DNA of 63,382 nt, filler included, from Octopus bimaculoides (lineage: Eukaryota), in the NCBI RefSeq assembly GCF_001194135.2. It is 7 parts of 7 records of this genome, joined end to end, with 100 filler letters (N's around TTAATTAATTAA, not from the genome) between each part and the next. Parts side by side here need not be neighbours in the genome. Positions count along the whole stretch, not along the records: positions 18,911 to 26,980 come from NC_069004.1; positions 27,081 to 43,314 come from NC_068981.1; 5 more parts are not named here. The stretch is one strand, 5' to 3'. Positions within the stretch are counted from its first letter, which is position 1. The number at the start of each line of letters is the position of its first letter. The translations under genes and the position numbers were made by a program. This document shows positions 24,975 to 37,386 of the stretch, piece by piece. The notes under the pieces were generated by a model, which worked only from the letters and a program-made list of their open reading frames with translations, was not told the origin of the DNA and made no database searches.

Positions 24975-26660
24975 TGGCATGGCTTCTACATCTGGATGCC
25001 CTTCCGAATACCAACTACTCTGAAAGTGTAATGGGTGCTTTTACGTGCCACCGGCACAGGTGCTATTTGTGTGACACCAGCATCTGCCACGACTGCAATT
25101 TTACTTGGCTTGATCAATCTTCTTCGAGCACAGCATAATGCCAAAGGTCTTGGTCACCGCTTCTGTGAGGTCCAACACTCGAAAGGAGCTTTTCACATGT
25201 CACCGGCATCAACCACTTTGTCTTCATGAGGCCCAATGTTTGAAAGATGCATTTTATTTGGTTCTGGCACAGGTGCCAGTTACGTGATACCAGCATCATC
25301 CACAACGATTTCACATGGCTTGACCGGTCTTCTCAAGCACAGCATATTGCCAAAGGTCTTGGTCACTAGTCATTGCCTTTGTGAGGCCCAAAGTTTGAAG
25401 ATCATGCTTCACCACCTCGTCATGTCTTCCTTGGTCTACCTCTAACACAGGTTCCGTTCACAGTTAGAGATTCGCACTTTACACAGCTGTCCTCATCCAT
25501 ACACATCACATGACCATACCAGCGCAGTCGTCTCTTCTGAACACCACATCTGATGCCTCATATGCCCAACTTCTCTCTCAAGATGTTTACACTCTGTCAA
25601 ACATGCACATTGTTCATCCAGTGAAGCCTACTGCCTTCATTTTTTTCAAGCCTACGCATGTCCTCGGCTGTCACAGCCCATGTTTCACTACCATGCAGCA
25701 TAGCTGTTCATACACAGGCATCATACAATCTACTTTTCACTCTGAGGGAGAGGCCCTTTGTTATCAGCAGAGGTAGGAACTCTCTGGACTTTGCCCAACC
25801 CATTCTTATTCTGACAGCTACGCTCTCGGAGCACCCACCTCTACTACTAACTTGGTCACCTAGATAACAGAAGCTATCAACTACCTCTAGCTTACCCTCC
25901 TGGCTATTGATGGAGTCTCTTTTCTGTACATTCTCAATGCATCTTCCACACAAAACACTATTCTCCCTGTTAACCTTCCTCTAATATAGCTGCACCTCTT
26001 ATTTCTTTCTTGCCCACAAGAGGCTAAACATAGAGGGGACAAACAAGGACAGACAAAGGGATTAAGTCGACTATATCGCCTCCAGTGTGTAACTGGTATT
26101 TATTTTATCGACCCCGAAAGGATGAAAGGCAAAGTAGTCCTCGGCGGAATTTGAACTCAAAACGTAGCGGCAGACGAAATACTGCTAAGCATTTTGCCCG
26201 GCGTGCTAACGTTTCTGCCAGCTCGCTGCCTCTTATGCACCTCTTATGCGGCCATAGCTTACACCGGATAAATCTTCTCTACAGATCAAGCAGGGCCATC
26301 TACCTGAAGGGAATTGTGATTTGTCTGCCTTCTTATTTACTAAGACCTTGGTTTTTGTTAGGTTAACTCTGTGGCCTTTCAATTCTAGACCTTGCTTCCA
26401 TACCTGAAACATCTTCTCCAGTTCTGATAGTGATTCAGCTACAAGAAAAAAGTCACCAGCATAGAGGAGCTCCTAGTGGCAGCCTGTCTGAAATTCTTCT
26501 GTTATTGCCTGGAGGACTATGATGAACAAGAAGGAGCTGATAACCGACCCTTAGTGGACCCCTAATTGTACCTTGAATTCATCACTATGTTCATTGCTGA
26601 TCTTCATCCTACTGACAGCATCCCTGTACATGGTTTGTACAGCTCTCACCAGCCTCTCAT
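24975..26660 (-). mobile_element. RTE-clade LINE 3' fragment (RT core to 3' tail), interrupted by a SINE
   Basis: Minus translations give ELLYAGDFFLVAESLSELEK (YADD-equivalent, about 26430-26470) and LEVVDSFCYLGDQVSSRGGCSESVAVRIRMGWAKSREFLPLL...KSRLYDACV. Confidence 0.85.
26002..26230 (-). mobile_element. SINE family B (tRNA-headed), inserted into an RTE LINE fragment
   Basis: Minus strand reads GGCAGCGAGCTGGCAGAAACGTTAGCACGCCGGGCAAAATGC...GAGTTCAAATTCCGCCGAGG...GCCTTTCATCCTTTCGGGGTCGATAAA. Confidence 0.8.
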
Positions 26661-27080
26661 CTAACCCTATGTTTATAAAAAAAAAAATAATTTTTTGAAA
26701 ATTCATGAATTTTTCAAACATCCCCTCCCCCCACTCAGTACCAATTTCAGTCTTTCTTTTTTTTTTTGCACTATGCACTTAAAATGATGGGAGATGCATT
26801 AGGGGCCAAAAAAGAAAAAAATCAGCAATCACCATTACAATCCCCACTTCCTTTATTTTCAAATTGAAAATGAAATGTAATTTAAAAACAATAGTGAAAT
26901 TTAACCAGACATTTTTTATTTAACATACCCCTGCCTCATAAATCCTAAAATTTCAGCTTCTTTTCAAAATTTGCTTTAATNNNNNNNNNNNNNNNNNNNN
27001 NNNNNNNNNNNNNNNNNNNNNNNNTTAATTAATTAANNNNNNNNNNNNNNNNNNNNNNNNNNNNNNNNNNNNNNNNNNNN

Positions 27081-27119
<39 letters not shown>

Positions 27120-27182
27120 ATATATTAGACAAAATGAAATAACAAGGCCGCGAAGAGTTTTCAGGACATTTATAAGGAAATA

Positions 27183-27230
27183 GTCTTACACCTGTTTCTG
27201 GGATATTATGAATATCCCTTCATCAGAGAC
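27183..27230 (-). ncRNA. Minimal type I hammerhead ribozyme-like motif in a Penelope-like repeat end
   Basis: Minus strand reads GTCT-CTGATGA-A-GGGATATT(CAT)AATATCCC-A-GAAAC(AGGT)GT-A-AGAC. Stem I is 4 bp, stem II is a perfect 8 bp, and the GUA triplet ends at 27187. Confidence 0.6.
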
Positions 27231-27985
27231 GGTGTGAGATGGTTAAATAGAGGAAATATTTTAGTTTGAATTATTATAGAAAAGGAGGAATATAGAGGGA
27301 AATAAGAGAATGGAAGTAGAAATAAGATATATATATAAAGATATTGTAGTTGCAGTTCCATTAATCGAGGAAAGTGGTGTATAGACGTGCTAAAGCAGTT
27401 TCCTGTGCTTGGTATGTAAGTTCCAATAGTTTTTCATATTTAGCCATTTCAAAGTATGGAGCCGTGGATTCTGTGTTGCTCATTCGAAAGGGTTTCGTGG
27501 TGTGAATGAAAATTTGAGAATGTACTGGTAGTATTTGTGGATAGATGGGGGGAGGAGAGATATGTGTGATTAGAATGAGGAAATAGGTCAAATTAAATAC
27601 ATGAAGAGAACATGAGAGGAAGAAAGAGAGAAAAAAGAAAGAAAGAAAAGAGAGAGAGAGAGTAAAAAACAAAAAGTGAAAAGAGTGAAAAAATGAAGAA
27701 AGGGTGAAAGAAATGAGAAAAAGAGTGTTAGTTGGTGGTCAAGATAATGTGATGGGAGATTGGGAGAGGAGTGGGGGGGAGGGATAGGAAGAGATGAGAA
27801 GGCAAGAAGTAAACATTTTTTACTCTCTCCATATTTTTCGTTCTCTCTTTTTTCCTCTCAGTCCTTTCTATCCAAGAGCGTAGGCTTTAAACGTCAAAGA
27901 CTTCCTTTCTTCCCGAGCGTTAAACTAGTACACCTGCTTGTTGTCCCCTCATCTGCCCTCGTATTTTGTTTTCTGTAGATTTGAA

Positions 27986-28026
<41 letters not shown>

Positions 28027-28580
28027 CATATAAGTATATATGTATGCATGTGTGTGTGTGTGTGTCTGTGTCTGTATGTTTTATAAATTGGTGAAATGAC
28101 AAATACCTAACGATACTAGCTTGTCTGCCTTCATAATTCAAATCCCAGGGCAGTAAATTTTACTCTTTCGGAGTAGAGGGGGAGATTGGTGAAACTAACA
28201 GAAAGTTGTGAAGGACGTCTGGTTAGGATCATTGCTTTCTGCCAGTGACGCCTGTTACGATATTAGGATCAAGCTGGTTTGGCCCAATTCAGAGACCTCT
28301 CCCTTAGGTAAAAAAAAAAAACCGATGTCTTGGCGAGGAGTAGTATTTATGCATGGACACCTACCAGTCTTTCTGAACGATATTATTCAGGCTTGCGCAT
28401 GCATGTGCAAAAGGCGTGGTGAACCTCGAGTGATAGAGGCTCCTCTATATGTATGTTGTCTATTTTTATGTTTATAGAAAGCTAAAGATTATTGAATCGT
28501 TGATATATTAAATGGCCTCACGATATCGTTATCGATACTTGAATTTCTAATCGTCCTCTCAGGCTTTTAGTAACTAAATA

Positions 28581-28874
28581 TTATGAGAAATTATTAGATT
28601 TCTTCCGGTACAACAAAAGTGTGCTTTTACTGTTTAGAAGGGAAGGTGTATCAGCAAAAATATAGAATGATAATGAGTTCTCACTTAGCGACAACGTTTG
28701 CAAACTTACACATTGGAAAACAAAATGATACCTAAGCATGTGTATATAATATACACCAAGAGTGTCGATGATATACGTAGGGGGAACATTGGGAATAGTC
28801 AGTATACTAAGGAAAGACTGAGACAACAAACCTGAACTAAAATTAAACATCCAAAACACGAAAAGTATAAACAT
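28581..28874 (-). pseudogene. Possible relic of a secreted/membrane LRR protein N-terminus (TLR-like)
   Basis: ATG at 28874 gives a hydrophobic MFILFVFWMFNFSSG, then TIPNVPP, then LQTLSLSENSL (28671-28703, fits LxxLxLxxNxL) and FADTPSL. The frame stops early and LRRNT cysteines are not evident. Confidence 0.3.
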
Positions 28875-29545
28875 AGCTCTTAACAATACAATAATTCCAT
28901 TTCTAGACAAACATTTTGATATAAAAATATCACCATGAACTAAACTCTGATAATATACTACACATAAACACTAAATTAAAAACTTTCTTATGTTACCAAT
29001 AGTTAATCACACGTCTGTAAGCTTGCCAGTGAACTACTAATGACTAATGTAATTTAGGAAGTTGATTGCGAATGTGAAGGTTGGAAACCGTCACAACTCT
29101 AACAATTATATTTGTTCACACAAGTGCAACATTTTTTCTCTGGTTCACTATAAATCTATAATAAAAAGAAATTTTGATGCACTACATGACTAAACACAAA
29201 ACATTTCAACACCATTTCATCCAATAGGTAAGATTATGAAAATATGAATATGTTGATTGATTTTGGGAAAATTAATTGATAAAAAACACCCACCCCACAA
29301 AAAAAAAAAGAGAAGAAAACATCCCTTGTACGAAATCGTTAAAATATGAAGAAACCTTGATAAAAATGCGCAATCTTGTTTTCAATATAAATCTTAGGCA
29401 GACATATTGGCGTAACTGTTTCCCCCATTAATATTGATATTTATTCTAATATTTTTTATTGCACATCCATGTATATACTAGGATATGCATGTCTGCATGT
29501 GTGTGTTTGTGTATGTGTATGTGTGCATGTGTATGTGTGCATGTA

Positions 29546-29586
<41 letters not shown>

Positions 29587-30539
29587 ATGTATGTGAGCTT
29601 GCGTGTATTCGTTGTTTTGCCTGTCAAACCTACTTTGACAATGTAATACGTATCGTATGTATAATTAACAGATTGAGTCGCTTAAGTTTATTGAAAACTT
29701 GACATCATTTATGTAACTCGGGGGGCCGCGAGATTTAAGACAAGGAGCCATCAAAAAGAAAAAAAACTTTCAACTATTTTATTGTACTTTTACTATTCAT
29801 AGCAATATATTAAATCGTGTTGCGATGAAGAATTTATACGTAGGTTACTTTCTTAAGGCCTTGCACTCATCACCAACTACTGCCCTTTCAATTGGTAGTC
29901 CGGCATGTTATCGTCTCAGCTATCTGTCGTTCTCATACTAATTATAAGGACCTATATGACACGTATATATCAAAGTTTAATGCATTAACTAAGCAATATC
30001 TATGATAATATGAACAGACAGATGAGCCATATATTTTTTAATTATGAAGTATATTTATTGACTAGTGAATATTTGTTAAGATTATTATTGGGAGTGAAAC
30101 TATAAACATGCAATATTTATGTTGAAAATAAACATCAAAAATATCATATTAAATTCATTAAGAAAATTGTAAAATATATTTCCAAGTAAATAACATATAA
30201 TATATTATTGATGTCTAGCTTCGGTACAAGGTCACGTGTTTCCATGGGATTTGGTACATTCAAATAGATCGATTTCAGTTCGTTACTTGCACTTCAATTT
30301 GAAATCAGAACCGAAAAGAACCATAGGCATCATTGACATCATAGACATCATTGCCGCCATACTGCTGACTATTACTTTTATAAACGAAGATATTGAACTA
30401 AGAACGAAAGAAAAATATGACTCAATAAGATAACAAGATAATTCTCTTGAAGATTCACTGTATTTCATAACAACCAGACTATCGGTTGTTGCTATACACC
30501 GCTAGTGACAATGAGCTTTCACTTCTTTCTTGATTGTGC

Positions 30540-30960
30540 CATTCTTTTCTATATTTGCCCAAATCGTTTCACTAAATCGTCTTCCCATCGTCTTGGAGGC
30601 ATTTAGAGTAGCTTTTTTCGATTTCTTGAATACCACTTGGCCATTGGACGGGTCCAACCGTTGTCTGTGAATTTTGCAACATGTCCAGCCCGGCTGGACT
30701 TGTGCTTTTAATATTCTGCGATCACATCGTTCACTCTACTCCGTTCGAATTACTTCGGAATGATGGAATAATAGAGTAAAAGGGCACAAGAAACAACCGG
30801 CAGAAATAACGCCAAGGGTTTGTACTCTTATGTTAAGGAGGTATATGGCCCAAAATCTTCTTCAATAGCTCGGGTGAGAACAGCGAATGGACGTTCTACC
30901 TGACACCGCTTCTATTCATAAGCGCTGGGTAGAACATTTTTCTGCACTTTTGAATAGATC
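30540..30960 (-). mobile_element. RTE-like LINE C-terminal fragment
   Basis: Minus translation ...RAGHVAKFTDNGWTRPMAKWYSRNRK...PPRRWEDD matches the typical RTE C-terminus. Confidence 0.7.
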
Positions 30961-30989
30961 ATCATTCGCTGACATGAACACCTTCCAGT

Positions 30990-31410
30990 TATAGAAGAGA
31001 TGGCATTTGAACCAACTCTAAATGACATTTACTTAGCTGTTGATAAGCTGAAAAACAATAAGTCTCCAGGGTCTGATGGAATCTCTGCAGAGGTTTTGAA
31101 ATATGGGGGGTGACAAAATGTTTGAACTCTTAGACATATTAATTTGTCACTGTTGGAGAACTGCGAAAGTGCCTCGAGACTTGATTGATGCCATTTTAGT
31201 CTCCTTGTATAAATCGAGGCCAAAGGATCTGTGTGGTAATTTTCGTAGGATTTCGCTCTTGTCTGTGTTTGGAAAAGTACCTGCTCGCATTCTGTTATAA
31301 TGTTTAAATACCTTCATAGTACGAAATATGGTGTCTAAGTCTCAGTGTGGCTTTCCCTCCTCCAGGGGCACAGTTGATTGTATCTTTACCATCAGAAAAT
31401 TTCAGGAAAA
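30990..31410 (+). mobile_element. LINE RT N-terminal fragment (RTE-like)
   Basis: Translation gives KLKNNKSPGSDGISAEVLK..., then ILVSLYK...CGNFRRISLLSVFGKV...SQCGF. Confidence 0.8.
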
Positions 31411-31414
31411 GTGC

Positions 31415-31800
31415 ATTGAACATAATTCAGTATCCATGCATTAGAAAGTTGTGGAATTGGGTGGAGCAGCTGTTGACGCGCGTAAGACGAATTCAGCTGT
31501 CTGCCGAATGTATAGCGAAGATCGACGCACCACCCTCCGTTAGCACGAAAGGAAGGCAGATCCTTCTCTTCATAGTGGCTGTAGCAAAAGAGGCTGTGCG
31601 GTGGACCTGTCTGAAAGGTTTGAAGACAGGCACATTCCTATCTGGTAAAGTCCTCATCAATTTCTTCAAATATCATTTGAAGAGGAAGGTGAAGCTAGAG
31701 AAGGAGGTGCTGCCTTCTAGTGTGTAAATCAAAAGGTGGTTGACGGTGGCAAGACTGGTGAGACTGAATGGAACGACTCTGAGCATGCTTTTCTAAGCAG
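31415..31800 (+). mobile_element. Tx1/L1-like LINE 3' end fragment
   Basis: Translation ...RIQLSAECIAKIDAPPS...VAKEAVRWT...LSGKVLINFFKY is homologous to the C-terminus of the ORF at 60320-61093. Confidence 0.7.
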
Positions 31801-31879
31801 GAGGAAAGAAAGCGCAAGAGGGCAGGATTAATCCAGAATTTTTGTGGGGTTTACACCGGATTATCCTAAGTGAACTGCC

Positions 31880-31893
31880 CCGCTATTGGGGAT

Positions 31894-31942
<49 letters not shown>

Positions 31943-31947
31943 TTATT

Positions 31948-32044
<97 letters not shown>

Positions 32045-32191
32045 TATTCTCTACTTTCTGTTATATCCATTAATGTGGTAGTATCTCCCCTTGTTTGATG
32101 TTAACCACACATGCTTTTGTAATCGTTTGTGTTGTAAATCGTCCTTCGATATTGTCATCCATGTCTTGGGCCCTTGTGGCCAGTAAAATAA

Positions 32192-32252
<61 letters not shown>

Positions 32253-32255
32253 GAT
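31880..32255. repeat. Compound microsatellite (TATC)n-(TATT)n-(TAT)n
   Basis: Directly visible. It is representative of the many (TA)n, (CA)n and (GA)n tracts across the window. Confidence 0.9.
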
Positions 32256-33774
32256 TTGTTTCTCTGTCAAAGCCCTTTCTTTGAGAAAGACAAAATGGAC
32301 TGATCAAAATAAGATGAAAAGATCGCTGAAGAGGTCACAGAATGTGTGACGAAAGAGAAAGAAACAAAAACAGAAATAATAACAAAGCTGAAGTAAAGGC
32401 CAGACATATCTAGTGTGTGTGTGTTTAATTGGCAAAGCATGACAATCCCCAAATATAACAATATGATATATCATAGTTTTCTATAAAATTATCGTCACCT
32501 GTTTACTTATCCCTTTCTATAATTTAAAAACTTTATCCGGCGATACAAAATAGTTGTGTCTGCGTCTCGCTTTTAACAGGTGAGATTAATTTCAAGAAAG
32601 AAACAAAGAATGAATGAGAGTGGTAAAAAGACAGGGAAATAGGTATACATAGAGAAAGATAAAGAGAGATACAGCATGTCTGATTTTCGGTTGTGTCAAT
32701 CTTTATCTCACCCACTCTATTTTCTCTTTCTATAGTCACCTATCGGCAGCTGCATATCTCCTTTCTCATTGTTCACTGTCAATATGTTGCATTGTCATTG
32801 TTTCTCTCCATCTCTCTCATTCTTTTTGTGACGTTCTATGCTACAGTCACTTACCTATCTTCCACACGCCTTTCTCTTTACTAATCTTTTTTTTTTGTTT
32901 CTGTGCGCCCGCTCACACATGAGCTCATGCCATATACACACATCCGATTTTATAATATATGATACCATAACGAATCCTAAATGTTAGCGGATAATGTAAT
33001 AACCATTAACTTACTTTTTTAATTGTGTGATAAATGTTTTTCCTCTGAAACTTTTTTTTTGTTTCTAAATTTAAAAGCTTAAATGCTTTAAAACTTAAAA
33101 GGACATACTCATAAAAGAAGTTGTCTCATCATTACACACGTTGGTTTCATCACGTTTTTATATGTGAATAACGCACCATATTTCACACTCTAACAGCCAG
33201 ATTATTTCTATAGATTTTATCGAGGGCTATCGAATGGCAATGAGAACTTTGAAAAAGGAAAAAAAATATGTAAAAAACAAAACAAAACAGAGAATATTTT
33301 CAAACGATTCGAAGCAACTTGTAAAAAATATTTGCTACTCACATGATTCTATCATTATTCCTTAAAAATAGATCGTATAAGGTCAAATAACTAAATATCC
33401 AAGGAAGTTTTATAATCTACCCCCTACCCACCAAAAACCAAAAAAAAAAAAACACAACAAAAGCATCTAAAACCAAACATACTCACACATATTCAGACAG
33501 AAGACACTGCAGTATTTATTATATAAACAATATTTAACATTGTGTTTGCGCAATTAAAGTACCATGCTTCTCCACAAACAATAAAATATATGTTGAGATT
33601 CTGTTTGCTTACAACAAATCACCATATTACTAACAGTGACCCAAATACTGCTTAAATGTTATCTAAAGCTATCATCTGGTACATAATAATTTCAATCGAA
33701 ATACAGTGAAATCTCTTCTAAGGTAAAGTCTATATACGTTTTAACATTATAAATCCGGATTTAGAAAATAATAA

Positions 33775-33871
<97 letters not shown>

Positions 33872-33995
33872 CATCTTTGAGACGGTTGGTCAAAATATAT
33901 TCTTCATATTTATAAATGTAACAACTAGTATATTCAGAAATATCTGAAGTAACGTAAATATATATACACAAACAAATATATACTTATATGTTTAT

Positions 33996-35059
33996 TATAT
34001 CAAAAATTGACAACCTCCTTTGAGTTTCGCTCCAGTTTAGGAGGTTTACAATTGACGAGAACAGCGCTGACCCGAAGAGAAACTCAGAGGAGACAGTCAA
34101 CTTTTGACATAATATATAATAAGCTCCAATACGAACATTTCAGAGTGTTTGGGTGTCAATCTGAGGACAGTGCAGAGGAATCGGAAAGAGTTCGATGAGT
34201 CTAATGGTGATTACGAATGTACGGCAGCTCGGAAAACTAACTGTGATCGTTCTGATAAGAAAAGAACTCCTGAATTTGTTGGTGAGATCCAGGCCATGAT
34301 TGACAACGATCCCTCCAAGTCAATCAGGTCCATTGCCAGGGACGATATGCTTTGGCTTTTCTCAGACGAGACCAATTTCTGGCAGAATCAGATGGGGAAC
34401 ACACAGAACAACTGTTAGCTTGCCGTGTTCCCAAAACATGTGTCGACAGTGATAAAAATCAAACATCCAGTCAACATCATAGTGTTTGGAATGATTACTT
34501 GTGATAGCGACGTTATGCTTCCATTCAACTTCCCACATGGCCTCAGATTCAACACAGAGGCCTATATCAAGTGCCTGGAGGAGTTAGTGCTGCCCTGAAT
34601 CAAGAGGGTGGCGGCTGGAAGTCCCTATGTCTGGCAACAGGACTCTGCACTATGCCAGACAAACAGGAGATCAAGTCATGGCTGTCAGACAATTTCTGTG
34701 CCACATCACCCCAGACATTTGGCCACCAAACTCCCCAGACTGATTATTATATGTGGGGCGCAGTTGAGTGGGAGATCAACAAAACTCCTTGTAACGCCAA
34801 AGATGAACCGAGGGCAAAGATTCTAGCAAGGATTCACCAACTTCGACAAGGAGACCGTCCAGAAGAGTTGCAAGACATTCCAAAGTCGTCTGGAGGCCGT
34901 GGTTGAAGTCAATGGCGATTTTATTGAATAAAACTACTCTCTAGTATTTCAAAATATTTTTTATATAATTTTGGTAAATTTATTTGTTAAAATGAGATGT
35001 CAGTGTTATTTTCATGTTCGTCTAATTTAAACGACAGTTTATTCACCACATCTTGTATA
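33996..35059 (+). mobile_element. Decayed Tc1/mariner transposon (maT/DD37D-like)
   Basis: Translations include GVNLRTVQR..., RSDKKRTPEFVGEIQAMIDNDPSKSIRSIAR, WLFSDE, YVWQQDSA and IWPPNSPD. The copy has internal deletions and frameshifts. Confidence 0.85.
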
Positions 35060-37100
35060 TATNNNNNNNNNNNNNNNNNNNNNNNNNNNNNNNNNNNNNN
35101 NNNNNNNNNNNNNNNNNNNNNNNNNNNNNNNNNNNNNNNNNNNNNNNNNNNNNNNNNNNNNNNNNNNNNTATATATATATATATATCTTTCACCTTTTAC
35201 CTGTTTTAGTCATTAGACTGCTGCTATGCTAGTATATTAGCTTGAAACATTTTTGTCGAACACATCACCCCAATATTTAATTTTTCAAAGTCGTGTATTT
35301 ATTCTAGTAGTCTTTTAGGCAGGGCCGTTGAGTTACAATGATGTAAATACACCAACATCCGTTGTCAAGTGGAGGTAGAAAACAAACTTAGACACAAAGG
35401 CACATACGTACACGAGCAAATACACACACACATACACACACACATACACACACATAATATGAAGCTCTTCTTTCAGTTCCCGTCTAACAAATCTACTCAT
35501 AAGGGTATATATTTATATATACATGTCTGTATATATACATATACATACATACATACATACATAAATACACACACACACACTCATATATATAGTATATATA
35601 AATCACAGTATGTTTGTGTATAATGACTGACGCATGCATTTCCACAATTCTCAACCGACTTTCACCACAGTTTACACACACATTACTTATGTCCCAAGGA
35701 TGGTCATGCACTAAACATTTGGCCCAGAGCTCGCGTAAATAGACCTAAATGGACATAGGTTTTTGTATGTAAAGTCCTCCGTACTTTTTTTAATCTTTTT
35801 ATAAAAGTGAAATGATTTTGCCTATTTATTTATTTCGACTATCCACCTGCCAGGGTGATCAAATTGACTAACTAGGAACACTGTACGCGCTGAATATCCA
35901 ATACCGAACAATCTTAATTTCCATATTTAAACTGCATTAAACTTTGGCAAGCTTACCTTTACCTATTCTGAGTTACTTGAAAGATAATGTTCCCTTCCCT
36001 CACTTCTATTTGTTGATACCTTTGTTTAGCTACCAATAAGCTGTTTCAATTTAAGGATGCTTATTTACCCATCCATTATGATATTTTGACTGTTGTCCAT
36101 TTTTCTACCCTTTTTTCTTTCTCTCCTTTTTTTCTCCCCTTGTTTTTTCGATGTTCCTTTTTGTGGAAGAGCGTAGGCTCGAAACGTTAAAGACTTTTTT
36201 AATTCCCGAGCATTATACTAATACCTCTGTTTGTTTTGTACACCACCTGTCTTCGTCTGTTGGTTTTTGTGAATTCTCCCTATATATATNNNNNNNNNNN
36301 NNNNNNNNNNNNNNNNNNNNNNNNNNNNNNNNNNNNNNNNNNNNNNNNNNNNNNNNNNNNNNNNNNNNNNNNNNNNNNNNNNNNNNNNNNNNNNNNNNNN
36401 NNNNNNNNNNNNNNNNNNNNNNNNNNNNNNNNNNNNNNNNNNNNNNNNNNNNNNNNNNNNNNNNNNNNNNNNNNNNNNNNNNNNNNNNNNNNNNNNNNNN
36501 NNNNNNNNNNNNNNNNNNNNNNNNNNNNNNNNNNNNNNNNNNNNNNNNNNNNNNNNNNNNNNNNNNNNNNNNNNNNNNNNNNNNNNNNNNNNNNNNNNNN
36601 NNNNNNNNNNNNNNNNNNNNNNNNNNNNNNNNNNNNNNNNNNNNNNNNNNNATATATATGTAGATTTATAGATTTACGTGTGCAGGTGTATGCATGCATG
36701 TGCACACAAACACACAAACACACACGCATACATACACACACATACACAATCACACACACGTACGCACATACGTACGTATTTATTGATTCAGAGATTCATT
36801 TCGCAGCAAGACGAAACGTAAATGTTTTAAATAAATGGATACACTTTAGTATACAGAATATCATATATATATATATATTTCCATCCGTAAATACGTATAT
36901 GCATACATTAACAGACGCGCGCACACACACACACACGCACATATATATACACACACACACACGCACACACACAGACAGACGCACTCTCACATATCACACT
37001 GCATTTAGGTTCAATTACAAATGATATCAATACATTAATTATATGCAATTTCTTGTGTAATCAAGCATATGCTTATTTATCTATGTCTGTCTCTCTGTCT

Positions 37101-37137
<37 letters not shown>

Positions 37138-37313
37138 CGCGCATGCACACACACACTCACACACACACACAGAAACACACAGACACAGACACACACATAT
37201 ATATATATATTATATCATACATGATATATATATATATAGATACATATATATATATATATAATATACAATATATAACGTATAATATACCCTATATAATATA
37301 ATATGATATTATC

Positions 37314-37386
<73 letters not shown>

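Noticed and set aside
26285-26407. Phase-0 ORF after a CAG acceptor, as a possible exon 4 of the CARD gene
   Set aside because: It is the antisense strand of the RTE RT fragment.
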